DNA from: an uncultured Phycisphaerales bacterium
GTDB taxonomy: Bacteria; Planctomycetota; Phycisphaerae; Tepidisphaerales; Tepidisphaeraceae
Length of the DNA stretch: 64,000 bases
Direction of reading: 5' to 3'
Assembly (NCBI GenBank): GCA_963758525.1
Contig: CAVWVQ010000003.1
Location: 4,032,001 to 4,096,000, forward strand
The notes under the pieces were generated by a model. It was not told where the DNA came from and searched no databases. It worked only from the letters and a program-made list of their open reading frames with translations. Positions 1 to 10,065 of the stretch are shown piece after piece; positions within the stretch are counted from its first letter, which is position 1; the number at the start of each line of letters is the position of its first letter. The translations under genes were made by a program, and so were the position numbers.

Positions 1-1154
1 CGGCGATGGGTTTTATCCTCGGAGCTGGAGGATCCGCAAACGACCCTGACATGAAATTCAGTTTCGCGGATCAGACGCCCCATGAGCCGCTGTTCCGTGT
101 GCTGCTGCCGCATTTGAGTTATCTCCGCAGCGCCGCGGAGATCGTATCGTCCGACGCCAGACTGGCGGCCCAGCGCGGCAGCGGCGCGCTGGTCGAGGCT
201 GATCTCCTGTCGATGATCGGGTTGGGCAGGCAACTGCGAAACGCAGACGGATTTGTAGTCACACAAATGGTCGGCCTCGGTGTCGATACCCTCGCCTTGA
301 CCCGGCTCCGAGTCGTTCTGCTTCACTATCCCAATCTGCTCAGTGATGAGCAGTTGATCGATTTTGCACATCGTCTTTCCGGTCCGCGAGTCGCGGCCGA
401 TTTGATGACAGTCAAATATGATCGGTATGTTTTCGAGGACTTTGTTCAACGCTTGTACACCGACGATGGGCACGGGGATGGGCACATGACCCTCGCCGGG
501 TTGCGCGCGCTGCCGATGATTCTGACGAAACACGGCGAAAATCCGATCGACATACCGGCTTACGCCGCCGCGTCAACGATCCCATTCCTCAGCGTATCCC
601 GGGCGGAGATGATGGCGGAATACAATCGATTGATGGATCGGACCGAAGCGGACCTTCGCCAACCCATCCGGAACATCGACCTTCACGCCGTGCAGTCGAC
701 GATTATTGCTTTAAAGATTTCTCCGATCGAACGCATCCGCTTCACAATTCTGCATGCGCTGGTGCCGGTGTTCACGGGCGCCCAGAAGGGTTGCGAGAAA
801 TACCTCGGCCTGCGAGATGGCACCGTCGTCGGAATCTCGCTGGAACTCTACCGCCGCCGACATGGAAGATATCCTCAGTCCCTAAACGAGTTGACCCCGG
901 ACCTGTTGCCGGCGATTCCCGCCGATCGCATCACAGGCCAGCCTGTGAAGTACCGGCTGATCGACGGCAAGCCGGTCGTCTACAGCGTCGGCGCGGATCT
1001 CGTCGATGACGGCGGCAAAGCGCCAGACTGCAGCCAATTGACAGGACATTTCACGAATTACTCGCCAGCCGCCTGGGGTCTGGATCCCAGGGAAGTGCCG
1101 CGCGGCGACTGGCTGCTCTTCCCGCCAGAGTCGACAGACGCGGATGCGGACTGA
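1..1154 (+). CDS. Hypothetical protein (probably 5'-partial) with C-terminal GspG/pseudopilin-like motif
   Basis: Long open frame from the window edge. The C-terminus YRRRHGRYPQSLNEL..P.D...G.P..Y......VVYSVGAD..DDGG resembles the T2SS-G C-terminal motif common in planctomycete hypotheticals. Confidence 0.7.
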   Translation, partial: AMGFILGAGGSANDPDMKFSFADQTPHEPLFRVLLPHLSYLRSAAEIVSSDARLAAQRGSGALVEADLLSMIGLGRQLRNADGFVVTQMVGLGVDTLALTRLRVVLLHYPNLLSDEQLIDFAHRLSGPRVAADLMTVKYDRYVFEDFVQRLYTDDGHGDGHMTLAGLRALPMILTKHGENPIDIPAYAAASTIPFLSVSRAEMMAEYNRLMDRTEADLRQPIRNIDLHAVQSTIIALKISPIERIRFTILHALVPVFTGAQKGCEKYLGLRDGTVVGISLELYRRRHGRYPQSLNELTPDLLPAIPADRITGQPVKYRLIDGKPVVYSVGADLVDDGGKAPDCSQLTGHFTNYSPAAWGLDPREVPRGDWLLFPPESTDADAD

Positions 1155-1247
1155 CGCATGCGGCCTCCGCAGCACGATCGGCTCTGTGTGCTACTCCCTC
1201 TGCCGGTACCGCCGTGAATAGTTCCCCGGTAAATTACGAACAAACAG

Positions 1248-1279
1248 AGCCGCGAAGACGCGAAGCAAAGCCGCGAAGG
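1248..1279 (+). repeat. Single arm of GAAGACGC short tandem repeat family
   Basis: gagccgcgaagacgcgaagcaaagccgcgaagg closely matches the left arm of the hairpin in the 60.5 kb array. Confidence 0.65.
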
Positions 1280-1293
1280 AGGACGCGCTTACT

Positions 1294-1452
1294 CCCTCGC
1301 CCGGTACTCCGGGAGAGGGCAGGGGTGAGGGTGATTTCGAACGTATGAAGTCGTCGGATACTCGGAAGTGAGTTTCTCGCGCATGCGGGATTCATTCTCC
1401 GTTCGAAATCACCCTCACCCCAACCCTCTCCCGGAAGTACCGGGCGAGGGGG
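1294..1452. repeat. CCCTCTCCC-type palindromic (cruciform/MITE-like) element, full copy
   Basis: ccctcgcccggtactccgggagagggcaggggtgagggtgatttcgaacg ... cgttcgaaatcaccctcaccccaaccctctcccggaagtaccgggcgaggg. It has terminal hairpins plus an internal inverted repeat, with related copies at 13.6 and 29.8 kb. Confidence 0.85.
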
Positions 1453-1517
1453 TTGGCGTGCGCAGACGGTTACGCACGAGCCGGCGGCAGCCCAGCGTTT
1501 TATTAGAGCGGTGAGGT

Positions 1518-1610
1518 GCGGCACTTGAAGAAGCTCAGGAGTCTCCGCGAGCACCTGATCCGGTTGCTCTTCGGGCAGGAGATGGCCGCAATCAAATTTC
1601 GTCGCCTGTT
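1518..1610 (-). pseudogene. C-terminal fragment of an alpha/beta hydrolase
   Basis: Translates as FDCGHLLPEEQPDQVLAE, then after a frameshift LLSFFK. This is the catalytic-His segment (GHxxxEEqP) and final helix of AB-hydrolases. No upstream domain is present. Confidence 0.55.
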
Positions 1611-1696
1611 GCGGGGGGCTCACCGCGGTGGTGCCACCAAAACCGAGAGGGAGAGCGTTCGGGGGTCGGCTTCTGATCTGAAAACCATTTCCGCCT

Positions 1697-2176
1697 TCAC
1701 CGCGTGGGGACGACGGTGGCGTCCCTTCGGTGGAGCTCTCCGTTTGCGTCAAATGAATAGCCGCGATGGCTCAATTCGCCGATGACCATGTCAATCCATC
1801 GCGTCAGGTATTCGTGATTCGGCCCCGGCTGCTCGGCGTGTTGCGAGTAGTCGTAGTCACGCCGCTGATTCAGATCGCGCAGAAACACTTCGAGTTGATG
1901 CGAGGAAGCGTCGGAGAGCCGTAGCTGGCCGCTCTCAAACTGCTCCGTTCGCAATGGCTTCTCCGTCGTCGACGGCGCCGGGCGATCAGACGCTGTGACG
2001 GTGACCGTGACAGTGATGGGAGCTGTTGTTGGAACGTCAACGGCGGCCGAAGCGCTTGCTGGTTCGCTCGAACCGCAGGCAGGGCTTGATTGCGCCCACG
2101 ATGCTAATGCGCAGAAGCCGATTGAAAGCAGCCCGCCCGCAACACACTTCCGCCAAGCCGATCTGGAGATCGTCAT
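1697..2176 (-). CDS. Hypothetical secreted protein
   Basis: 159 aa ORF with a signal-peptide-like N-terminus (RSAWRKCVAGGLLSIGFCALASWA) and a Ser/Thr/Ala linker. Confidence 0.6.
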   Translation of the reverse strand: MTISRSAWRKCVAGGLLSIGFCALASWAQSSPACGSSEPASASAAVDVPTTAPITVTVTVTASDRPAPSTTEKPLRTEQFESGQLRLSDASSHQLEVFLRDLNQRRDYDYSQHAEQPGPNHEYLTRWIDMVIGELSHRGYSFDANGELHRRDATVVPTR

Positions 2177-2209
2177 GAGTGATCCTGTTAGACTGCGGTG
2201 TCGACCCCC

Positions 2210-2881
2210 TCAAGCGCCGTTGCCCTTTTGCGCGGCGGCGAGTTTCTGAGTGGCGGCATCAACGGCGCTTTTGGCGGCGGCGTACGCCGGGTCTTCCCCC
2301 AGCTTGGCGTGGAACTGGGTGACCAGCGCAGCCTTTGCTTTTTCCGCATCCATCAGTTTTGCGTGAGCCGTGCCAACTGCCGGATCGTCCGCCAGGGCTG
2401 CTGTTTGAAGTTGATGCATCGCCGAATTGGCCTCCATTGCCTCCTGGGATGCTGCCGCCACCTGGTCGTCCGGGGCGCTGTTGGATCTCAACTCAGCAAC
2501 GGCCGCCTGAGCTTTGTCGCTCTTGGCCTTGGCCTCAATATAGCTGGGATCCTTTTGCATCTTCTCCATTACCGGCGCGAGCGCGGCATCGTAGGCCGTC
2601 TGGGCGTCCTTCACTTCCTTATCGGCGGCAGCGTATTCGGGCGACGCCTCGAAATCGGCTTGAGCTTTCTTGGTGGCCGCCACGAGCGCCGCACGGGCGT
2701 CTGCGAGCTCCTTTTGTGCCGCGGTCACCGCGCCGGAGTTCACCGGCGGCGTCACGGGCTGTTGCTGCGCCGGTTCCGGCGGCGGCGTCGTTTTGTTCTT
2801 TTTCTTGCCCAACGCAGATGGGCTCATCCACGGCAACATCGCCAGACAAACCACCATTACAGTGATGCGTTCGATTTTCAT
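2210..2881 (-). CDS. Hypothetical secreted Ala/Lys-rich helical protein
   Basis: Start re-assigned to [18 protein letters not shown] (signal peptide), followed by a Pro-rich linker and a coiled-coil-like body. Confidence 0.75.
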   Translation of the reverse strand: MKIERITVMVVCLAMLPWMSPSALGKKKNKTTPPPEPAQQQPVTPPVNSGAVTAAQKELADARAALVAATKKAQADFEASPEYAAADKEVKDAQTAYDAALAPVMEKMQKDPSYIEAKAKSDKAQAAVAELRSNSAPDDQVAAASQEAMEANSAMHQLQTAALADDPAVGTAHAKLMDAEKAKAALVTQFHAKLGEDPAYAAAKSAVDAATQKLAAAQKGNGA

Positions 2882-2959
2882 GATAAACCCTCGCGCTGTT
2901 TCCCCGCACACGGTAAAGGTACCGCCATTGCTCAGTGGATACCAGCAATATCTTTCCGC

Positions 2960-3423
2960 CCGTTGCACGATATCGGCAAGGTCGGCATTCCCGATTGCGT
3001 CCTGCTCAAACCGGGTCGGCTGAGCGACCGGGAGTTTGAGATCATGAAAACGCATGCCATGCTGGGAGCGCAAACTCTCGATGCGGCGCTGCGACAGTTT
3101 CCGGCGCGAAATTTCTGGAAATGGCGCGCGACATCGCAGCCACCCATCACGAGCGGTTTGACGGCACCGGCTATCCAAAGCGACTGGCCGGTTGTGCGAT
3201 TCCCCTGTGCGGCCGGATCGTGGCGCTGGCGGACGTATACGATGCGCTGACATCAAGGCGCGTTTACAAGGCCGCGTTCACCCACGACATTGCCAGCTCC
3301 ACGATCATGGCGGAGGTCGGTGCGCACTTCGATCCCGATATCGTGAACGCTTTTGCGGCCCGCGAACGAGAGTTCACCCTGATCCGGGCAGAGTTCGCCG
3401 AACGTCAGGCCGTCGCCGCCTGA
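2960..3423 (+). pseudogene. 5'-truncated HD-GYP phosphodiesterase domain
   Basis: [19 protein letters not shown], a frameshift near 3110, then [11 protein letters not shown]...[19 protein letters not shown]. No start or receiver domain lies upstream. Confidence 0.85.
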
Positions 3424-3517
3424 TTGCGGCATGCCGCCGACCGGTTTTCGAGGGTCGAGTGGCTCGTTTCAATAGAAAATGACAGTCATGAAGAGCCTTC
3501 TTGTCGTCGCTTTCGTG

Positions 3518-3895
3518 CTACCGAATCTGACTCTTGAGATCCTCAATTGACAAGCCGGCGAGTGCCTCGGTCAAGATGGCGATTGCGTCCCGGACTTTGT
3601 CACACTCCGCGAGGAGAAAGTCGGCCTGTTGCTCAACTGCGACTATCTGTTCAAGGCTGGCGAGCGTGGTGGCGATTCGTGGCGAGAACGCGGAGATCAG
3701 GCCGCGGAGCTTATGTGCTGCCTTTTGGAATCTCTCAGCGTCACCTTGCCCGGCCGCGTTGTGAAGGTTGGCGACATGCCCGTGGACGGTTTGCTGAAAG
3801 GAATCGATCAGCTTGTGCAAGAGCAGTGGGTCGCCGCCGCACGTCGCGAGAAGCGTGGCCGCGTCGAGTTGATCTGGGCGGAGCAACTGTCGCAT
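3518..3895 (-). CDS. Hpt (histidine phosphotransfer) domain; stand-alone or C-terminal remnant of a hybrid kinase
   Basis: LD...LL..CGGD..LL..LI..F...AAHKLRG is a typical Hpt signature. The 5' end abuts a DsbA fragment. Confidence 0.7.
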   Translation of the reverse strand: MRQLLRPDQLDAATLLATCGGDPLLLHKLIDSFQQTVHGHVANLHNAAGQGDAERFQKAAHKLRGLISAFSPRIATTLASLEQIVAVEQQADFLLAECDKVRDAIAILTEALAGLSIEDLKSQIR

Positions 3896-4050
3896 GCGGC
3901 GTCCACACCAAACGCGTCCGCGAGGATTTCAGCAGCGGCGTCCGTAGCGGCGTGAACGGCACGCCGAACTTTTTCATCAATGGCAGGCGGCACGATGGTC
4001 CGTGGGACCTGGAATCATTGACCGTTGCCATCGCGGGCGAACTGGAATAG
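3890..4050 (+). pseudogene. C-terminal fragment of a DsbA/thioredoxin-like protein
   Basis: [29 protein letters not shown] is the cis-Pro loop of DsbA-like proteins. The CxxC half is absent. Confidence 0.8.
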
Positions 4051-4231
4051 CGGCGTCCCGTGGCTCGAACACATGCAACGTTGCCGCAGCGCCACGAAGC
4101 CCAGCGCATCGCCTGGAAAGAGGCGGGCGCAGATCGCGCGGACAACCGGCTGATTGTGAAACGTTGAATTATCCGCGATCGCCCGCTCAAGAGCGCGCGA
4201 TCAGCGTGGAGTGTTTTCCGGAGAAACCAAC

Positions 4232-4295
4232 ATGCAAACCGTTGAAATCCCACGACGTGAGTGGCAGAGTTACTTCGATCATCTCAACAAGCTCA
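4232..4295 (+). pseudogene. N-terminal fragment resembling DUF5335 family
   Basis: MQTVEIPRREWQSYFDHLNK with an upstream GGAG. It runs in frame directly into the AKR start. Confidence 0.45.
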
Positions 4296-4308
4296 TTCCA
4301 GGACTCAT

Positions 4309-5145
4309 CATGACTACAGCAGCGATCCGAACCACCCAATTGCCCGATGGCCAGGTCATGCCCGTATTGGGCATGGGTACGTGGCACATCGGTGAAGATC
4401 CACGGCGGCGGGACGAGGAGATTACCGCGCTGAAGCTCGGCCTTTGAACCTGATCGACACCGCTGAGATGTACAGCGACGGCGTAGCCGAGGAGATAGTC
4501 GCCCAGGCGATCGCCACCCGCCGCGATGACGTCTTTCTCGTCAGCAAGATACTGCCCGAGCATGCGACGCGCTCGGGCACGATCGCCGCGTGCGAGGCGA
4601 GCCTCCATCGGCTCGACACGGATCGTCTCGACCTCTATCTGCTCCACTGGCGCGGGGCGATCCCGCTGGAGGAAACGATCGAATCCTTCGAGTCTCTCGC
4701 CGACCGCGGAAAGGTTCGCTATTGGGGCGTCAGCAACTTTGACCTGACTGACATGGAGGATGTAGTCCGTCTGGATCACCGCGACGTCACCACCGATCAG
4801 GTTCTCTACAACCTGGCCCATCGCGGGATCGAATACGACCTGCTGCCATGGTGCCGGCGACGCCGCATCCCGGTCATGGCCTACTCGCCGATCGAGCAGG
4901 GCCGGCTGATCGATCACCCCGCGCTGAGGCGCATCGCCGAACGTCACCGCGTCACGCCCGCGCAGATCGCGCTGGCGTGGGTGCTGCGCTCGGATGGCGT
5001 CGTCGCTGTCGCCAAGGCGTCGTCGCCCGCGCACCTGCAGGAGAATCGAGCTGCGATTGACGTCAAGCTGAGCAACCACGACCTGCAGGAGCTGGACCAC
5101 GCCTTTCCGCCGCCAAAGGAAAAACAAACGCTCGATATGCACTGA
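4309..5145 (+). pseudogene. Aldo/keto reductase (YeaE-like) with a frameshifting deletion near 4443
   Basis: LGMGTW ... LKLGL then NLIDTAEMY, LYLLHW, WGVSNF, QVLYNL, MAYSPI. The usual DLGM residues are missing at the break. Confidence 0.85.
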
Positions 5146-5620
5146 ATCGGGCTGCCGGTCGTCGTGCGCGTGGCTACGCTGTGAGCGGCGACGGCTTCGA
5201 CCTGGAATCCATCGGGCGGCGTTGTATCGGCAGCATGTCACGATGCAATTGAATCGCCCGCTGAATCAATAGCACCGTTTTCACCGGAACGAACGCCGCG
5301 CTCACGATCGCCTCGGCGATGACGAAGGGCTCCAGCTTCGCTACCGAACCGCCAACCGACGACCAGACCAGGCGCCGCCACGGCGCAGAGAGTTGGGGAG
5401 GGTCCATACCCGGACGGATATGGCCGAGCCGACCCGCGCGGAAACACCGGCCGCGGCATCTCTCGGATCCAACGCCGCCAGCCGCAGGGTATCCAAGTCA
5501 CTTGAACTGGAAGCCAAGGCAGCGGCCACCACGCACGCCATTGGCCGGCAACGAACTGCCTTGCCGACTGTTTTAGATGTTGGGGCAAAGCAAACGGAGC
5601 ACTTACAGGGAATCCGCACG

Positions 5621-6397
5621 ATGAAACGACTGATCTTGGCCGCATGCGTCTTTCTCAGCATTGGAACGGGTGTCGGTGCGATTGCGCAAACTCCGACGCA
5701 ACCGACGACCAAACCCAATCGGGCGGAGCCGACGTCCACGACGACGCCGGACAACACACGTTATCTGAACAGGCCCGCGATGCTGACCAATTGTGAAAAG
5801 CAGGTCGCGCCGTTTAAGGACAAGCCTTGCGACATCATTTTCATCGGGGATTCCATCACCGCGGGATGGCTGGGCAATGGGAAGCAAATCTGGGCGGAGA
5901 AATATGTGCCACGCAACGCGCTCGATTTTGGGATCGGAGGCGACAAAACACAAAACGTGCTGTGGCGGCTGGAAAATATGGACGTCAAGCACCTGCGGCC
6001 CAAGGTGGCGGTCGTGTTGATCGGCACGAACAACACGATGAACACGCCACAGGAGATCGGCGACGGGGTGAAGGCAGTGCTGGACGATACACAGTCCGAC
6101 TTTCCAGGAGTAAAGATCATCCTCATCAGCATCATGCCCAACAGAAGGGCCAACGAAAAAATGATGGCGGCAAACACGATCATCAAGCAGTTCGCCGACG
6201 AGAAGACGGTTTACTATCTCGACCTGGTTGCGCGGATGCCGCCCGTTGAAACCACTGGAGCGGACGGCAAGACCGACACCAACTGGAAAGGCCTGGGAAA
6301 GGATCATCTGCACCCCGATGCCGCCGGGTACAAGATCTGGGCTGACGCGATGGAGCCGCTGTTGAGCAAGTTGTTGGCCGGTGAGCAAGGAAAGTAA
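5621..6397 (+). CDS. SGNH/GDSL hydrolase (PAF-acetylhydrolase-like), secreted
   Basis: Signal peptide MKRLILAACVF, plus FIGDSIT, FGIGGD, LIGTNN and DHLHP motifs. Confidence 0.92.
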   Translation: MKRLILAACVFLSIGTGVGAIAQTPTQPTTKPNRAEPTSTTTPDNTRYLNRPAMLTNCEKQVAPFKDKPCDIIFIGDSITAGWLGNGKQIWAEKYVPRNALDFGIGGDKTQNVLWRLENMDVKHLRPKVAVVLIGTNNTMNTPQEIGDGVKAVLDDTQSDFPGVKIILISIMPNRRANEKMMAANTIIKQFADEKTVYYLDLVARMPPVETTGADGKTDTNWKGLGKDHLHPDAAGYKIWADAMEPLLSKLLAGEQGK

Positions 6398-6499
6398 TCG
6401 GACCGGCCGAACGACCGATGCCAACATGCTCTCTCTGGAGAATACGCCGCTGACACTCAAGGGCGTTTCCACCAATCGCCGTATCGCACGCCGCAATGC

Positions 6500-7945
6500 C
6501 TACTCTTGCACCTCAAGACATAGCACCGATGCGATCGCATCCGGTGCCTTTTCCGGCAACTTAATCGTTGCCCCGCCACCATCGGACGTCACGGTTAACG
6601 GCGTATGCTGAGCATCGGCCAGCATATACGCTTTGATGATCTTCCCTTTGACGGCGGGAAGCATGAACTTCTCACCGGGCCATTTGAAAATGTGAATGTA
6701 AATTTTGTCGGCCGTGCCCGGGCCGCTGGACGATTGCGTCGTGCAACGCCAGTCCTTGCCCGATGACATGGTCTGCTGGTGGCCGTAGCCATCCTTCCCC
6801 TTCACCTGCTGTCCGAATTCTTCGCCGAAGCAGGAGCGGCCGGCGCCATAAATCGCTTCGCCATTGGTCTTCAGCCACGCTCCAATGGTCCGTAACCGAT
6901 CCACCTCCGGCTCGGGAATGACGCCTTCGGCCGTCGGCCCCACGTTCAACAGATAATTCCCGCCTTTGCTGACGATATCCACCAGGTTGAACAGCAGGGT
7001 TTCCGGGGTCTTGAAATTCGTGTCGTAGCTTTTGTAGCCCCACGTGTCGTTCATGGTCATGCACGTTTCCCAGTCGCGGCCGGGGAAGCCGTTGGCGGGG
7101 ACGCGCTGCTCCGGCGTCTCGGTGTCTCCCTTGAAACCGCCGCCCAGGCGGTTGTTGATGATCAGCTCGGGGCGGAGATTCAGAACCGGGTAAAAGTAGG
7201 CGGCCCGCGCCGGCGTCATGTCCTTGGGCGTATCGAACCAGAGCACCGCCGGCGCCTTACCATAATTGGTCAACAGCTCGCGCACCTGCGGCACGGCGAT
7301 GTTCTTCATGTACTGGTCGTAATCCCCATCCTGCGCTTTGTCCCAATGTCCTCCGCCGTAGGCCGCGCCGCCAGGATGATGCCAGTCCTGCGCCTGCGAA
7401 TAATAGAAGCCGAGTCGAATGTCGTGCCTGTCGGCTGCTTCGGATAACTCCTTCAGCGGGTCGCGGTGGAACGGCGTGGCATCATAGATGTTGTAATGAT
7501 CGACGGCGGTGTGGAACATGCAGAAGCCGTCATGATGCTTGGCGGTGATGACCATGTATTTCATCCCCGCATCCTGGGCGATCCGCATCCACTCATCGGC
7601 ATTGAATTTCACAGGATTGAACTGCTCCGCGTACTTCGCATAGACGTCGACGGGAATTTTCCCGCGATTCATGATCCATTCGCCGATGCCCTTGATCTGC
7701 TTCCCGTCGTACGTTCCCGCCGGGACGGCATACAGCCCCCAGTGAATGAACATGCCGAACTTCGCCTGATGCCACCAGTGCATCCGCGCTTGCGCCTGCT
7801 CCGGCGTTTCATTCGCATGCGGCGGCTGGTCATTGCCGGTCGGCGCAGTCGTCGCGTCATCCCCGAATGAAAATTGGGTGCTGATCAGGCACAAGATTAA
7901 CGGAAGAATGATCAGACGGAGTGGGGCATGTGCGCGTCGGTTCAT
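6500..7945 (-). CDS. Alpha-L-fucosidase (GH29)
   Basis: WW..AKFGMFIHWG, TAKHHDGF, LWFD, WETCMT, GGNYLLNVGP and a signal peptide. Start uncertain (7945 or 7981). Confidence 0.93.
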   Translation of the reverse strand: MNRRAHAPLRLIILPLILCLISTQFSFGDDATTAPTGNDQPPHANETPEQAQARMHWWHQAKFGMFIHWGLYAVPAGTYDGKQIKGIGEWIMNRGKIPVDVYAKYAEQFNPVKFNADEWMRIAQDAGMKYMVITAKHHDGFCMFHTAVDHYNIYDATPFHRDPLKELSEAADRHDIRLGFYYSQAQDWHHPGGAAYGGGHWDKAQDGDYDQYMKNIAVPQVRELLTNYGKAPAVLWFDTPKDMTPARAAYFYPVLNLRPELIINNRLGGGFKGDTETPEQRVPANGFPGRDWETCMTMNDTWGYKSYDTNFKTPETLLFNLVDIVSKGGNYLLNVGPTAEGVIPEPEVDRLRTIGAWLKTNGEAIYGAGRSCFGEEFGQQVKGKDGYGHQQTMSSGKDWRCTTQSSSGPGTADKIYIHIFKWPGEKFMLPAVKGKIIKAYMLADAQHTPLTVTSDGGGATIKLPEKAPDAIASVLCLEVQE

Positions 7946-8273
7946 AACTGAAACGGTACCGCAGAAAAATTGCATGTTCAATCGCCGAGACGGGCCTGCA
8001 TCTTCCCCTGCCTCCCGACAGCCCGCTCTACACTCTTGCCGGACACAAGATCGAAGAGCTTTCGTATCGCAGCTTCGCCAAAAACGTCGCCGGCAATCTC
8101 CGGTCCGGCCGCGTCTTTGGCATTCCGATCAAGGGTCGAATCGCCGTCCAGCGTTTCGCTCGAGGCGAATCGTCCGCTAGAATCCCACAAGCATGATTCG
8201 CCCGGAGCGGTCGTTCCAACGTCGCCAGAACGCAAATGAGATTCGTGGCACATCGTCCAACCCAAGGAGCCCG

Positions 8274-9824
8274 ATGATGCTCGCAATCGCGAAAAGAATC
8301 GCTTTCGCCTGCCTGCTGCTGTCTCCGACGGCCGGAATTCATGCCGCCGAGCTAAAACTCGCCTCCATTTTCTCCGACCACATGGTTCTGCAGCGCGAGA
8401 TGAAGGTTAATGTTTGGGGATGGGCAGATCCCGGCCAGACCGTCGAGGTGCAGTGCGCTGGTCAAAAACGAGTCGCGACGGTTGAACCCAGCGGTAAATG
8501 GATCCTCCAATTGGATCCATTGCAAACCAGCGACCAGCCGCAGGAACTGATTGTCACCGCAGGCGCGGCCACGCTGAAGCGATCCGATGTGCTCGTCGGA
8601 GAAGTATGGCTCTGCAGCGGTCAGTCCAATATGGAATGGGCTCTGGCCCGTTCGACCGGCGGTCCGGACGCGGTGGAGCACTCAGACAATCCAATGCTCC
8701 GCCTGCGCACCATTCCGCACAACAGCCAGTTGTCGCCGCAGGATGACGTGTCGACGAAATGGGTGCAGTCCGGTCCGAATGTGACCGGGACTTTTTCCGC
8801 CATTGCCTGGTGGTTCGGCAGCAAGCTGCAAAAGGAGTTGAGGGTTCCGGTCGGCATCATCAACGATTCCTTCGGGGGCACGTCCATCGAAAGTTGGATA
8901 CCTCTGGAAACCCTCAAGCAAGGCCCCTGGCCGCAGGATCAACATACGGACATCACGCTGGCCAAAGCAAACTACGACCTGCGCAAGGCGAAGATGCAGC
9001 CGGTCATGGATAAGTATCTCCAGGACAAGGCCCTCGCGATCAAAGAGAAAAGGCAGCCGCCGGATTTTCCTTCGGGTTGGCCTGGGGATTTTCGCGGGCC
9101 AAGCGTGCTTTGGAATGGAATGGTGGCCCCGCTTCGGAAATTATCGATTCGGGGCGTCTTGTGGTACCAGGGCGAGTCGAACGCCTATCCGGGCGTCGCA
9201 AATACTTACAAACTATTGCTTCCAGCCCTGATTAAGGATTGGCGATCGGGCTTCGAGCAGCCGGAACTGCCGTTCATCATCTACCAGATTGCTCCCAATC
9301 GTAAGCCGCAGACCGATCCCAACGAAAACAGTGGGATCGCGGTGATACAGGAAGCGGAGTTGAAAACTTCGCTCGCCACGCCACGCACGGCCCTGGTCGT
9401 CACCATGGATCTGGGGGAAACAAACGTCCATTACCCCAACAAAGAGCCGGCGGCTGAACGCGGGATGAAAGCGGCGCTGGGAATCGCCTACGGACGCCAG
9501 GTTGAAGACTCCAGCCCCACATTCAATAGCCTGCAAATCCAAGGGAATGAGGCTGTGGTGCATTTCAATCATACGGACGGTGGACTCGCTACGAATGGCG
9601 GAGCGGTGAGCGGCTTCGCAATCGCCGGCGAAGATCGCAACTTTTTCTTCGCGGATGCGCGGATCGAAGGCGACACGGTGATCGTTTCAAGCCCGCGTGT
9701 ATTGCATCCCGTGGCGGTGCGCTACGGATGGGCCGATTTCCCGAAAGTGAACCTTTTCAGCAAGGCGGGCCTGCCGGCATCTCCCTTTCGGTCGGACGAT
9801 TGGCCGCCCTCCATGCGACCATAG
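8274..9824 (+). CDS. Sialate O-acetylesterase (SASA/SGNH)
   Basis: IFSDHMVLQR, GEVWLCSGQSNM, WYQGESN, VRYGW and GLPASPFRSD. RBS AAGGAG precedes the ATG. Confidence 0.93.
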   Translation: MMLAIAKRIAFACLLLSPTAGIHAAELKLASIFSDHMVLQREMKVNVWGWADPGQTVEVQCAGQKRVATVEPSGKWILQLDPLQTSDQPQELIVTAGAATLKRSDVLVGEVWLCSGQSNMEWALARSTGGPDAVEHSDNPMLRLRTIPHNSQLSPQDDVSTKWVQSGPNVTGTFSAIAWWFGSKLQKELRVPVGIINDSFGGTSIESWIPLETLKQGPWPQDQHTDITLAKANYDLRKAKMQPVMDKYLQDKALAIKEKRQPPDFPSGWPGDFRGPSVLWNGMVAPLRKLSIRGVLWYQGESNAYPGVANTYKLLLPALIKDWRSGFEQPELPFIIYQIAPNRKPQTDPNENSGIAVIQEAELKTSLATPRTALVVTMDLGETNVHYPNKEPAAERGMKAALGIAYGRQVEDSSPTFNSLQIQGNEAVVHFNHTDGGLATNGGAVSGFAIAGEDRNFFFADARIEGDTVIVSSPRVLHPVAVRYGWADFPKVNLFSKAGLPASPFRSDDWPPSMRP

Positions 9825-10065
9825 GAAGACCGGTCCAGCGCGATCAGCTTGACATGCTCCTGCAATGGTACAACAGCACCAGTATCTTAAGCGGCATGTC
9901 CACTCCGGATGCCGCATCACTTGCGGTGTTCCAGGCCGACGCCCTTAATGGCGGGTATACTTATTCTCTTTGTGCGCGCCGACCAGTAAAGTCGTGTGAC
10001 GTTGATGGTATCAGAACATGTCCCTTGACAGCCGCTCTTGTGATTCATTGTTGAGGTTTGCACCA

